Below, one piece after another: positions 49,584 through 59,539 of a stretch of 64,000 nt of DNA. The notes under the pieces are model-generated. The model did not search any database, had not been told where the DNA came from, and saw nothing but the letters and a program-made list of their open reading frames with translations. The position numbers and the translations under genes are program-made. Position 1 is the stretch's first letter; each line of letters starts with the position of its first letter. This DNA is from Planctomycetota bacterium (GTDB taxonomy: Bacteria > Planctomycetota > UBA1135 > UBA2386), in NCBI GenBank assembly GCA_965223545.1, contig OZ245006.1, positions 7,520,001 through 7,584,000 of the forward strand, written 5' to 3'.

Positions 49584-51527
49584 TTGGCTAGTCCTAGTAC
49601 CGACAGCGCCGAGCTGCCGGCGGCGCGCGGTGCGTTGGCGTCGTTCGCCGCCGGGCACGCCATCATGAGCATCGAGCTGTCGGCGGTGCGGCTCATGGCA
49701 CCGCATTTTGGCGACAGCGCGTTCGTCTGGACCAACGTCATCGGCGTCCTGCTGGTGGCCTTGGCGGTCGGCGCCTGGTGCGGCGGCCAGCTTGCGGAGC
49801 GACCGCGCGCGCTGGCGCTCACCGCAGTGCTGCTGCTGATCGCCGGCGCCTGGACCGCGGTAGTGCCGCTGGTGGCGCCGGCGATCGGTGGCTTCTTGTT
49901 GCCGCAAGACCTCTTGTTGGACGCGGCGATGCCGGCGATGGTCCGGGGTTCGCTGGTCGCCTCGCTGTTGTTGTTTGCGCCGCCGGTGGCGGTGGCGGGC
50001 TGCATCACTCCGGTGCTGGTCGTCGCCTTGGCGCGCCATCGGCCCGTCGGGCGGGCGTGCGGTGTGGTGGCGGCGGCGTCGACTCTCGGCAGCCTGACGG
50101 GCACGTTCGCGACCACGCACTGGTTGATCCCCGAGCTGGGCAGCCGGGCGACGCTGTGGATCGATGCCGCCATTCTGGCATTGGCGGCGGCGCTGTTGCG
50201 GCCGAGCCTGCCGCGGGCCGCCCTGTGCGCCGTGCCGCTTCTGCTCATGCCGGCGCGCGACCTGCCGCTGCGCGCGCCGCCCGCCGACGCAGTCCTGCTC
50301 GCCGAGGTAGAGAGCCCGTATCAGTTCTTGCGGGTGCTGCGGCGCGATGCGGATGGGGGTGCGGTCACCACGTTGAAGATCAACGAGGGGCTGGATTCGT
50401 TCCATTCGATCGCGATCGAAGGGCAGCCGTTCACCGGCGGCCGCTACTACGACTATCACCTCGCCGCCGCGCTGCTCGCCGGCGACGGCACGGCGCCGGC
50501 GGAACCGCGCGTTCTGTCTTGTGGCGCGGCCGCTGGCTCGTTCTCACGCGTGTTCGGTGCCGTTTTTTCGCGCTGCACGGTGGACGCGGTGGAGCTCGAC
50601 CCCGCTGTGGTCGAGCTCGGAGAGCGCTGGTTCGGTGGCCGTGGGGCAGGCGGTGAGGTGTACTCGGGCGTCGATGCGCGGGTCTTCGTCGAGTGCACCG
50701 ACAAGACCTACGACGTGGTGCTCGTCGATGCCTACGAGCACCAGATCTACGTCCCCGCGCACGTCTCCAGCCGCCAGTTCTTTGCGGCGGTGCGACGTTG
50801 TCTGGCGCCCGGCGGAGTGGTCGCCATCAACGCCGGCGGTGTCTCGTTCGAAGACGGCGTGGTGCGCGCGCTCGGTCACACGATGGCAGAGGTGTTCGGC
50901 GAGGCCTGGGCGTTTCGTGTGCCGCGATCGCGCAACTTCGCGATCTTCGCGCGGCGCGACGACCAAATCGAACCGGCGCAGCTGCGCGGTTCGCCGCCGC
51001 GGGCCGAGTTGGCGGAAGTCTGGCGGGAGCTGGCGGCACCGGGGGCGTGGCGTCAGTTCGGCCGCGGCGAGCCGGTGCTCGACGACGACCGTCCCTTGCT
51101 CGACGTGTTGCAGAACCGCGCGTTGGCGGTGCGCGATGGCGTGGCCGAGCTGATCGCGATGGCCGGCGACGTCGACCCGGCCGATGCCGAGGAGCGCGCC
51201 CGCGCGGCGCGCGCCGCCGGCGACTGGGCCCAAGCGCTCGAGGCGCTGGGCGAGGCGCGGCAGGCCAACGCCAGGCTGCGGCTGGCGGCCGGCGACCTGC
51301 GCTGGTTACAGCGCGACTTGACCGGAGCGGCGGCCGAGTACGAGGCTGCGCGCGCGTTCGACGACGCGGCGCTGCGCCCGTACCTCGAGCCGCGGCAGAG
51401 CGACCTCGCGGTCGAGCTGGCGGGGCTGGCGCGCGCCGGCGACGTGGCCGCGCGCAACGGCTGGTTGGCCTGGGCGGGGATCGCCGCTGGTGGCCTGGCG
51501 GCGTTCTTCGCGCTGCGCGCCGTCTGA
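49584..51527 (+). CDS. Membrane-fused spermidine-synthase-like SAM-dependent protein
   Basis: Multi-TM N-terminus (IELSAVRLMAPHFG, STLGSLTGTF), ESPYQ, CGAAAG, VELDPAVV, DAR, YDVVLVDAY, LAPGGVVAIN. Confidence 0.85.
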   Translation: MASPSTDSAELPAARGALASFAAGHAIMSIELSAVRLMAPHFGDSAFVWTNVIGVLLVALAVGAWCGGQLAERPRALALTAVLLLIAGAWTAVVPLVAPAIGGFLLPQDLLLDAAMPAMVRGSLVASLLLFAPPVAVAGCITPVLVVALARHRPVGRACGVVAAASTLGSLTGTFATTHWLIPELGSRATLWIDAAILALAAALLRPSLPRAALCAVPLLLMPARDLPLRAPPADAVLLAEVESPYQFLRVLRRDADGGAVTTLKINEGLDSFHSIAIEGQPFTGGRYYDYHLAAALLAGDGTAPAEPRVLSCGAAAGSFSRVFGAVFSRCTVDAVELDPAVVELGERWFGGRGAGGEVYSGVDARVFVECTDKTYDVVLVDAYEHQIYVPAHVSSRQFFAAVRRCLAPGGVVAINAGGVSFEDGVVRALGHTMAEVFGEAWAFRVPRSRNFAIFARRDDQIEPAQLRGSPPRAELAEVWRELAAPGAWRQFGRGEPVLDDDRPLLDVLQNRALAVRDGVAELIAMAGDVDPADAEERARAARAAGDWAQALEALGEARQANARLRLAAGDLRWLQRDLTGAAAEYEAARAFDDAALRPYLEPRQSDLAVELAGLARAGDVAARNGWLAWAGIAAGGLAAFFALRAV

Positions 51528-51612
51528 CGGCTCGTGGCCTAGACGCGTGGCCGGAAAATGCCGCTTTGGCGAGTCGACTTAGTCGCCAGCAGCAAGCCGG
51601 CTTGAATCCGAA

Positions 51613-52791
51613 TCAGGCACTGCTGGAGTTGCCAAACGTTGCACTGGCCCGGCCGACGATCATCGGGTCTATTGCTCCGACTTGATCCAAGTCCTTACCG
51701 TCGTAGGGGAAGCCGTGTAGGAAGCAGCGCATGGCGTTCAGTCGTGCGCGCTTCTTGCAGTCGGACTTGATGACCGTCCAAGGCGCATCGGCGGTGTCTG
51801 TGTGGAAGAACATCGCTTCCTTCGCCTTGGTGTAGTCGTCCCATTTGTCCAGGGACTCCCGGTCGATCGGGCTCAGCTTCCATTGTTTGAGAGGATGCGC
51901 CTCACGCGCTTTGAAGCGGCGACGCTGTTCCTCCCGGCTAACCGAGAACCAGTACTTCACGAGATGTGTGCCGCTGCGCACCAGGTGGCGTTCGAACTCC
52001 GGGCACTGGCGCATGAACTCGACGTACTGATTGTTATCGCAAAAGTCCATCACGCGCTCGACACCTGCGCGGTTGTACCAGGAGCGATCGAACAGAACGA
52101 TCTCACCCTCGGTCGGGAGGTGGCGCACGTAGCGCTGGAAGTACCACTGCCCGCGTTCTGCGTCGGTTGGCTTGTCCAAGGCGACAACCCGCGCGCCGCG
52201 TGGATTGAGATGTTCCATGAAGCGCTTGATCGTGCCGCCCTTGCCTGCCGCATCGCGGCCTTCGAAGAGAATCACGGCGCGCTCACCCGACCGGCGTGCC
52301 CAGGCTTGCAGTTTCAGAAGCTCCACCTGCAGCAGGTACTTCTGCGCTTCGTAGCGTCGCCGAGACATCTTGTTCCGGTACGGGTAGCCGCCGTTGCGCC
52401 AGTCATCTGACAGCTCCTCGTCGGGGTGGACCTTGCCCCCGGCCTTGGCCATACGGGTGCGGAGAGCCCGCTGGATCAAGTCGAGCTCTTCGACTGACGC
52501 GTCGCCGAGCAGGTTGCGGATGGTCTTCGGCAGGGCCTTGCCTTCGCCGCGACGCACCGCGTCGTGCACGGCGACGGCCTGTGTCCCAACGGCGCTGGCT
52601 GTCGCGTTGAGTACCGTGCGCCGTGCCGAAGCACTGGGTCTCGTATCGGGCACCGCATCAATGCGCTCGGTGACGTCCCTCAACTCCTCTGCAGTGGACT
52701 CAAGAAGTCCGTTACGGGGTGCGTTGAGGTGTTGGTTGCGCTGACTCCGCCGGTGCTTCCTCTTCTCGCGATTCTTTTTCTTCTTGCCCAT
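51613..52791 (-). CDS. ppk2: Polyphosphate kinase 2
   Basis: LQVELLKLQ, FEGRDAAGKGG, WYFQRY, FDRSWYNRAGVERVM, WKLSPID, KKRARLN. Confidence 0.96.
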   Translation of the reverse strand: MGKKKKNREKRKHRRSQRNQHLNAPRNGLLESTAEELRDVTERIDAVPDTRPSASARRTVLNATASAVGTQAVAVHDAVRRGEGKALPKTIRNLLGDASVEELDLIQRALRTRMAKAGGKVHPDEELSDDWRNGGYPYRNKMSRRRYEAQKYLLQVELLKLQAWARRSGERAVILFEGRDAAGKGGTIKRFMEHLNPRGARVVALDKPTDAERGQWYFQRYVRHLPTEGEIVLFDRSWYNRAGVERVMDFCDNNQYVEFMRQCPEFERHLVRSGTHLVKYWFSVSREEQRRRFKAREAHPLKQWKLSPIDRESLDKWDDYTKAKEAMFFHTDTADAPWTVIKSDCKKRARLNAMRCFLHGFPYDGKDLDQVGAIDPMIVGRASATFGNSSSA

Positions 52792-53016
52792 GTCGTGCGC
52801 GGTTCGGTGACGTGTGCTCCGGCCTCGATGTGTGTCGCTGGAAATCTGGCAAACGTCCGCACCGCGCTTGGATTTTCAACTGTTGGCCGCTGCTGTGATC
52901 TGGGCGGGCCCCCAGCGTCGCGTCGAGCCATTCCCCAGGCGGGTTCCTGGGTGAAAGGCGTGCGCCAGGCTGGAGGCACGGTTTTGCGGGGCGGGGGCCA
53001 GCGGGAAGCTGTTGTC

Positions 53017-55044
53017 TCACAGGATGTCGAGGACGCCGTTGAGCTGGTTGGTGAGGGTCTCGACCGCGGCGCGGTAGTTCAAGTCGACCGAGATCTTCGA
53101 GTTCCACGGCAGCGGTTCCTTGTCCGCCACACCGCCAAGGGCGACCGCCGCGAAGGCCCGCGACAGCTCGGTGATGCTCTCGTCGTGCAGCATCTTGATC
53201 AGCGGGTCGATGGTCCGCTTGTCGCCGATGAAGCCCAAGGCGGAGGCGATGGCGCTCAGCTTGGCGACGTTGCGGTTGGTGTCCTCCATCAGCATTTGCT
53301 GTAGCGAGTTGGTCACCGACTTGTCGCCGAGCTTGCCCAGCGCGATCGCGGCCTGCTTGAGCAGGTCCGGCCGTCGCACCGAGTCGTCGACGATCTCGCG
53401 GATGGTCTCGCGCGAGCGGTCGTGGCCGACCAGCGCCAGGCCGATGCACAAGTAGCCGGCGAGCTCGTCCCGTTGGCGGTTGGCGTCGAGCAGGGCCCGC
53501 AGTAGTGGGGCCGCCTCCTGCGATCGGCAGAGCCCGAGGGCGACGGCGATCGCCGACAGGGTCTGACCGTTCTTCACCGACGCCAGTGCGCGGCGGAGCT
53601 CGATCTCGACCTGGCCGGAGGTGGTCGCCCGGCCGTCGCTGGCGGTGCCGTGCGCCAGCACGCCCAAGGCGATCGCCGCCCACGGCTTGACCAACGCCTT
53701 GTTGCCCTTGGCGAAGATCGTCAGCAGCGCGTTGCGGTTGGCGTCGCCGCCGATCTGGCCGAGACCGATGAGCGCAAAGTTGCGGGTCTGCTGGTCCTTG
53801 GCGTTGGCGAAGGTGTCGCGCAGAGAGTGGCTGAAGCGGGCGTCGCCCGGGTTGTCCTCCGCCGGCTGGCACAGGATGCCGAGCGCCAGGGCGGCCGACT
53901 GCTGGATCTCACGGGAGCGCTGAGCACCGCCGAGCGCCGCGGCGAACGCCGCCTTGTACTCACCCGTCGAGTCACCGCCACGGCCGAGGAGCTGGGCGAC
54001 CGCCGGCGGCACGTGGGCTTGTACGATCTGCTCGCCCGGACCCGCCGCCTTCCGGTAGTAGCGCCACAGAGTGTCGATGCACTCGTCCCGCAACGCGGCT
54101 TCGGTCGGTCGGATCAAGCGGATGCCGTTGATCGCCGCGACCGGAACGTTGCGGTCGATGATGCCGTGCTCGAGGGTCTGTTCCACGATCTCCCGCAGCG
54201 GCGCGTAGCAGCGGCGCTTGAACTCGGCGTTGTTGGACGCGTGTCCGAGCAGCCCCAGTCCGTAGCAAGCGAACGCGCGCGTCCGCGCGTCGACCGCCGG
54301 GCGGTCGACGAGCCTTTGGCCGGCGGCGGTGTCGCGGGCCAAGTCGGGTAGGTACTCGAGCGCGCCCTCGAGCTGCGAAATGCCCATCGCCAGCGCGGCG
54401 GTCTCGCGGATCTCCTGGTCGCGGCTCGGCAGCCGGTCCCGCATCACTTCGAGCAGGCGGAAGTCGGGGTGATCCAGGCCGATCTTGGCCAGCGCGACCA
54501 TGCAGGACGAGACGATGTCGCGCTGGTCGGTGCTGTCGATGGCGCGCTTCAGCGCCGGCAGCACGCGGTGGACGACGTCGGCCTCGGTCGGCTTCATCGT
54601 GTCGCGGCCCAGCCTCCGGCGGCTGCCGCCCATGTAGAACACGTCCGAGCCGGTCGACGTCACGCTCGCGTGGATGGACTCCTTGAGGCTGATGTAGGGG
54701 TCCTTGTTGAACTCCCACCAGAATTGCCACTTGGTCAGGTCGTCGCCGATCGAGATCCCGCGTCCGCCGGTCCGCGTGCCACCGGCCGCGCCGCCACCGG
54801 AGCCGACGCCGGGGCCCGGGGTGTTGCCACCGGCCACGCCGGGCCGCGGCGTCACCGGCCCGGGACCGTTGGGACCGCCGGGCTGGCCAGGACCCGCCGG
54901 CGGCGGACGCTGCCCGCCGCCGCCGCCGGGGTTCGGCGGGACGACGTCGCCGGGACCGCGGTACTGGCCGCCGTGTGCCGATGCCGCCGCCGCGAACAGC
55001 AGGATCGCGCTGCAGCAGCCGAGATTGCGTAGAGAGTGGTTCAC
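53017..55044 (-). CDS. Secreted HEAT-repeat protein, paralog A
   Basis: Signal peptide ending ASA|HGGQY, Pro/Gly linker, WQFWWEFNK, repeated AALALG/IGLG helices; GTG start at 55044 inferred. Confidence 0.8.
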   Translation of the reverse strand: MNHSLRNLGCCSAILLFAAAASAHGGQYRGPGDVVPPNPGGGGGQRPPPAGPGQPGGPNGPGPVTPRPGVAGGNTPGPGVGSGGGAAGGTRTGGRGISIGDDLTKWQFWWEFNKDPYISLKESIHASVTSTGSDVFYMGGSRRRLGRDTMKPTEADVVHRVLPALKRAIDSTDQRDIVSSCMVALAKIGLDHPDFRLLEVMRDRLPSRDQEIRETAALAMGISQLEGALEYLPDLARDTAAGQRLVDRPAVDARTRAFACYGLGLLGHASNNAEFKRRCYAPLREIVEQTLEHGIIDRNVPVAAINGIRLIRPTEAALRDECIDTLWRYYRKAAGPGEQIVQAHVPPAVAQLLGRGGDSTGEYKAAFAAALGGAQRSREIQQSAALALGILCQPAEDNPGDARFSHSLRDTFANAKDQQTRNFALIGLGQIGGDANRNALLTIFAKGNKALVKPWAAIALGVLAHGTASDGRATTSGQVEIELRRALASVKNGQTLSAIAVALGLCRSQEAAPLLRALLDANRQRDELAGYLCIGLALVGHDRSRETIREIVDDSVRRPDLLKQAAIALGKLGDKSVTNSLQQMLMEDTNRNVAKLSAIASALGFIGDKRTIDPLIKMLHDESITELSRAFAAVALGGVADKEPLPWNSKISVDLNYRAAVETLTNQLNGVLDIL

Positions 55045-55467
55045 CTGGAGACCTGCCTTTGGCTTCGCGTGTCGTGCTCGTTTCGTTCCGGGGGCGGAGC
55101 GAGAGCCGGCGGCCGCCTGCGCGCAGGGGTCTCCAGGGACGGTTGGGATCGCTGCAAGAGTCGGGCCGCGCCGTTGGCAGGGCGGGTTGGGCCGCGTTCG
55201 GCGGTCGGTGTCACGCGGGCGTGCCAATACCGGCGTTCGTCGAGAATCGCCTCGGCCCCGGCCTCGGGGCGTTCGCGGCGACCGCCGGGATTCGGTCGAC
55301 GGTGGGGCGATGACGTCGCAACGCCGGCGGGCGCGAGTTCGAGGAGGGTTGGCGGCCGGTGCCCGGCCGGCATCATGGTCCGAGTGTGCTATGTCGTCGG
55401 GTTGCTGTGGGGCCTGAGCGTCCGGGGCCGAGAATCTTCGCGCGGCGACAACCTTTCGGAAGGCTCG

Positions 55468-55938
55468 ATGGCGCTGGAACTTCGACAACGCAGCTCCCGG
55501 AGGCTCGAAGACAACACTGGCCTCTGGGCTCAGCGCGGCCGCCGGCGACCGCGGGACCCGCGACCGACGCTCGGGTCGCGGAATGCTCCGTGTTTGGTTG
55601 CGGCCTCGGCCGCGCTGAGCTTCTTGCTCTGGGCTCGGGTCGCGTTCGTCACGCTCTTTCCGGGGATTGCCGCGCGGGTCGGCATCGAAGCCGAGTCGAT
55701 GCTGGTGTACGCGATCGAGAGTGCGCTGGAGCGGGAGCTCGAGAAGATCCCGACCGGAGGCCTCGGGCCGACCATTCTCAATGCGGGCCTCTGGCTCGCC
55801 GCATTCGGCATCGCCGTCTTTGGTGGCATCTCGGTCTGTCGAGCGTGTAAGCAGAATGCGAGACGCGCTTGGGCATTCGCGGTCGGTGGAGTGGTCGCGG
55901 CCTACCTGACTTGGCCCGATCCGTTCAATCCGGGGTGA
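55468..55938 (+). CDS. Hypothetical small membrane protein
   Basis: Three hydrophobic segments in the 3' part of ORF 55036-55938; start very uncertain. Confidence 0.35.
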   Translation: MALELRQRSSRRLEDNTGLWAQRGRRRPRDPRPTLGSRNAPCLVAASAALSFLLWARVAFVTLFPGIAARVGIEAESMLVYAIESALERELEKIPTGGLGPTILNAGLWLAAFGIAVFGGISVCRACKQNARRAWAFAVGGVVAAYLTWPDPFNPG

Positions 55939-56001
55939 GGACGAGTCCTGAGCACGAACTCGCGGCGACGACCAACCCCGCCTGCGCGCACTCTTAAACG
56001 A

Positions 56002-56038
56002 GCGCGCCCGCGAACCCGGCGAGGGTCCGCGGGCGCGC
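56002..56038 (-). terminator. Probable intrinsic terminator of HEAT paralog B
   Basis: GCGCGCCCGCG...CGCGGGCGCGC stem followed on the minus strand by TCGTTTAAG, about 25 bp after the stop. Confidence 0.55.
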
Positions 56039-56062
56039 GCTGCGCTTTGCAGCGCTACGGCG

Positions 56063-58096
56063 TCACAGGATGTCGAGGATCCCGTTGAGCTGGTTGGTCA
56101 GGGTCTCGACCGATGCGCGGTAGTTCATGTCGACCGCGATCTTCGAGTTCCACGGCAGCGGCTCCTTGTCGGCCACGCCACCCAGGGCCACCGCGGCGAA
56201 CGCGCGGGACAGCTCGGTGATGCTCTCGTCGTGCAGCATCTTGATCAGCGGATCGATGGTCCGCTTGTCGCCGATGAAGCCCAGCGCCGAGGCGATGGCG
56301 CTCAGCTTGGCGACGTTGCGGTTGCTGTCATCCATGAGCATCTGCTGCAACGAGTCGGTCACCGACTTGTCACCGAGCTTGCCCAGCGCGATCGCGGCCT
56401 GCTTGAGCAGGTCGGGACGGCGCACCGAGCTGTCGACGATCTCGCGGATCGTCTCGGTGGCCCGGTCGTGCCCCATGAGGGCAAGGCCGATGCACAGGTA
56501 GCCGGCGATCTCGTCGCGCTGGCGGTTCTTGATCAACAGCGAGGTCAGCGTGTCCGCGGACTCCTTGAACTTGCACAGGCCCAGCGCGATGGCGATCGCC
56601 GACTGGGTCTGGTCGTTCTTGATCGAGTTGATCGACTTGTGGAGGTCGGTGCCGATCTGGGTGTCGGCGGCCGCGCCCTCACCGGCCGCCTCGGCGGCGT
56701 TGAAGGCCAGGACGCCGAGCGAGACCGCCGCCCATGGCTTGACCAGGGCTTTGTTGCCCTTGTCGAAGATCTTCAGCAGCTCGTTGCGGTTGGTGTTGCC
56801 ACCGATCTTGCCGAGCGCCATCAGCGCGAAGTTGCGCGTCTGCTGGTCCTTGCCGTCGTTGAAGTACTTCAGCAGCACTTGGCTGAACTTCCTGTCGTCC
56901 TTGTTGTCCTCGACCGGCTGGCAGAGGATGCCGAGGGCGACCGCGGCCGACTGATAGATCTCGTTGGCGCGCTTGACACCGCTGAGCTCCTTGGCGAACG
57001 CGTCCTTGTACTTGCCATCGGTGTCGCCACCGCGGCCCAGCAGCTGAGCGACGGCCGGCGGCACGTGGGACTGGACCATCTGCTCGCCCTGGCCGGCGTC
57101 CTTCTCGTAGTACTGCCACAGCGCGTCGACGCACTCCTTGCGCAGGCCTTCGTCGCCGTCGGGCTGCAGCAGGCGAATGCCGTTGATCGCCGCGACCGGC
57201 ACGTTGCGGTCGATGACGCCGCTGTCGACGGTCTCCTTGAGCACGTCGCGCAGGGCCTCGAAGCACTGCCGCTTGATGTCGCTCTGGTTGGAGGCGTGGC
57301 CGATCAGGCCGAGGCCGTAGCAGGCGAACGCGCGGGTGCGCGAATCGACGGCCGGGCGGTCGACCAGCTTCTGCCCGGCAGCGGTGTCCCGCGCCAGGTC
57401 CGGCAGATACTCGAGGGCTGCCTCGAGCTGCGAGATTCCCATCGCCAACGCGGCGGTTTCGCGGATCTCCTGGTCGCGGCTCGGCAGGCGCTCCCGCATC
57501 ACGTCGAGGATGCTGAAGTCCTGGTGGTCCTTGCCGATCTTGGCCATCGCCACCATGCACGACGAGACGATGTCGCGCTGGTCGGTGCTGTCGATGGCGC
57601 GCTTCAGCGCCGGCAGCACGCGGCCCATGATGTCGGCCTCGGTCGGCTTCATGGTGTCCTTGGCTTCCGCGCGACGGCTGCCACCCATGAAGAACTCGTC
57701 CGATCCCGTCGTCACCTGGCTGGCGTGGATCGACTCCTTCAAGTTGATGTAGGGGTCCTTGTTGAACTCCCACCAGAACTGCCACTTGGTCAGGTCGTCA
57801 CCGATCGGTGCGCCGCGACCACCGGTCACCGGGCCGGCACCAGGAGCGGCGGGGCCGCCCGTGGCCGGGCCGGCCGGGCCGGGCGTGCCGGGCGCGGACG
57901 GACCCGGAGTCGTCGGGCCGCTCGGCCCGGGCGTGCCGGGGCCCCGCGGGCCGGGAGCGCTGCCGCCACCACCACCGGGGTTCGGCGGGACCACGTCGCC
58001 GGGTCCGCGATACTGGCCGCCGTGGGCGTATGCGGTGTCCGGCAGGGCGAACAGGAGGCCGGCGCATGCCAGGCCGCTCAGCAGAATCTTGTTCAT
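56063..58096 (-). CDS. Secreted HEAT-repeat protein, paralog B
   Basis: GAGGA SD before ATG 58096; MNKILL...AYA|HGGQY signal peptide; same architecture as paralog A. Confidence 0.85.
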   Translation of the reverse strand: MNKILLSGLACAGLLFALPDTAYAHGGQYRGPGDVVPPNPGGGGGSAPGPRGPGTPGPSGPTTPGPSAPGTPGPAGPATGGPAAPGAGPVTGGRGAPIGDDLTKWQFWWEFNKDPYINLKESIHASQVTTGSDEFFMGGSRRAEAKDTMKPTEADIMGRVLPALKRAIDSTDQRDIVSSCMVAMAKIGKDHQDFSILDVMRERLPSRDQEIRETAALAMGISQLEAALEYLPDLARDTAAGQKLVDRPAVDSRTRAFACYGLGLIGHASNQSDIKRQCFEALRDVLKETVDSGVIDRNVPVAAINGIRLLQPDGDEGLRKECVDALWQYYEKDAGQGEQMVQSHVPPAVAQLLGRGGDTDGKYKDAFAKELSGVKRANEIYQSAAVALGILCQPVEDNKDDRKFSQVLLKYFNDGKDQQTRNFALMALGKIGGNTNRNELLKIFDKGNKALVKPWAAVSLGVLAFNAAEAAGEGAAADTQIGTDLHKSINSIKNDQTQSAIAIALGLCKFKESADTLTSLLIKNRQRDEIAGYLCIGLALMGHDRATETIREIVDSSVRRPDLLKQAAIALGKLGDKSVTDSLQQMLMDDSNRNVAKLSAIASALGFIGDKRTIDPLIKMLHDESITELSRAFAAVALGGVADKEPLPWNSKIAVDMNYRASVETLTNQLNGILDIL

Positions 58097-58447
58097 CAGG
58101 TACGATTCCTCAGAGAGGGAAGAGTGTTCGGCTGGGGACCCGGCGCGGGATGGACCCGCCAGCCGGCGTCGCGATGGTTCCGAAGTCGTCCAACAAGCAA
58201 AATCGAGGCCCGACCGGGGCTCTCGATGGGAAAACCGCGCGGGCGCGCCGCGGTTCGCCGTGGATTCGCGGAGATGGTGCCCAGAATAGCGCCAGAGCGG
58301 ATGGGGTGCAGCGTTTCCCTGGGAGTCGCGGGACAATTGTGGGTTTGCGGTTGTTACGCGGGCGCAACAACAAGGAGAGGGGCTGCGGAAGCTCGCAATC
58401 GGGAAACCTCTGGCATCCGCGCCCAGCCGCCTTCAACTGAACGCCCC

Positions 58448-59539
58448 ATGCGATCCGCTCCGCCCTCGAACCGGCGCTGTGTCGCGGCGGCGGCCTTGTT
58501 CTGGGCGCTCGCTGGTGCGGCCGTTGGCTGTGGATCGCCTGCCCGCCTGACGGACCTGGGCGTGGCCGGCGCCCGCACTGCCGAGCTGGAGCCACCGCCC
58601 GCGGTCGAACGGCGGGACCCAGAAGACGCGCCGCGAGCGCAGGTCACCGAGCCCACCGAGAGCACGCCATCCTCCATCGCGCCGGTGCCGAGCGAGGAGG
58701 ATGCGGTGGCCACCGCGCTGCACACCGCGGCGGCCTTGGCCGAGGCCGGCGACCACCGCGGCGCCCTCCGCGCGATCGACCAGGGGCTGGCTGCGACCCC
58801 CGGCGACCTGGCCCTCGCCCTGGCCCGCGCCCGGCTCTTGCGCGACCAGGGGGCTCTGCGCGCGGCGGCCGAGGTGCTCGATGCAGCCCTGCTGCGCGCG
58901 CCCGTGGTCGCGGTCTTGCAGCCGGCGGTCCGCGCCCGGCTGTTGCTCGGCGAGGTCGCCGTCGCCCGCGCGCACCTCGAGGCCGCCGCGGCGTGGCCCG
59001 CTGCGCGCCGGCCCGAGCCCGCCGTCCTGGGCGGGCTACAGGAGGCAGTGGCGGCGGCGGCGGCCGGACGGCCGCAGCTCGACCTGGCCGAGCTGCGCGC
59101 GCTCGCGCGCGGTGCCGAGGCGCCGGTGCAGCGCGCGCGCGCCCTGCGCACCCTGGCGGAGGCGGATCCGGCCGGGCTCGGCCGCGCGCTCGACGCGGCG
59201 GCGGCCGACCCCGAGGCCAGTGTCCGCCGCCTCGCCCTTCGTCTGGGCATGGCGACGGGGCCCGCCGACGAGGACTGGCTGCGCGGGTTCGTCGACGACC
59301 AAGCGCCGATGGTGCGGGCGGCAGCCGCCGTCGCCGTCGCCGACCTGGAGCGCGATCGCGCCGTCGCCTTGCTGTTGGACGTTCTGGATTCCGAAGAGAA
59401 CGGATACGTTTTTCGCCAGGTGCACGACACGCTGAGCCAACTCGCTGGATCGACCGACCTCCTGCCGATGGGAGCGGAGGAGGATCCCGCCGTGCGCCGC
59501 CGGACTCGGGCGAGGTGGAGGGAGTTTTGGGGCAGGTGA
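58448..59539 (+). CDS. TPR + HEAT-repeat lipoprotein
   Basis: Lipobox-like AAVGC; TPR-like AGDHRGALRAIDQGLAATPGD; HEAT-like DPEASVRRLAL and DQAPMVRAAAAVAV. Confidence 0.65.
   Translation: MRSAPPSNRRCVAAAALFWALAGAAVGCGSPARLTDLGVAGARTAELEPPPAVERRDPEDAPRAQVTEPTESTPSSIAPVPSEEDAVATALHTAAALAEAGDHRGALRAIDQGLAATPGDLALALARARLLRDQGALRAAAEVLDAALLRAPVVAVLQPAVRARLLLGEVAVARAHLEAAAAWPAARRPEPAVLGGLQEAVAAAAAGRPQLDLAELRALARGAEAPVQRARALRTLAEADPAGLGRALDAAAADPEASVRRLALRLGMATGPADEDWLRGFVDDQAPMVRAAAAVAVADLERDRAVALLLDVLDSEENGYVFRQVHDTLSQLAGSTDLLPMGAEEDPAVRRRTRARWREFWGR

Noticed and set aside
55205..55230. Possible sigma54 promoter (TGGCACG on the minus strand) upstream of HEAT paralog A
   Set aside because: No TTGC -12 element at the required spacing.
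57830..57990. GGGCCG/CCCGG-rich quasi-tandem repeats (also 54780-54940)
   Set aside because: They encode the Pro/Gly linkers of the HEAT paralogs.
56231..59539. 1102-aa ORF spanning HEAT paralog B
   Set aside because: Only the part from ATG 58448 looks coding; the rest is antisense to the 56063-58096 gene.
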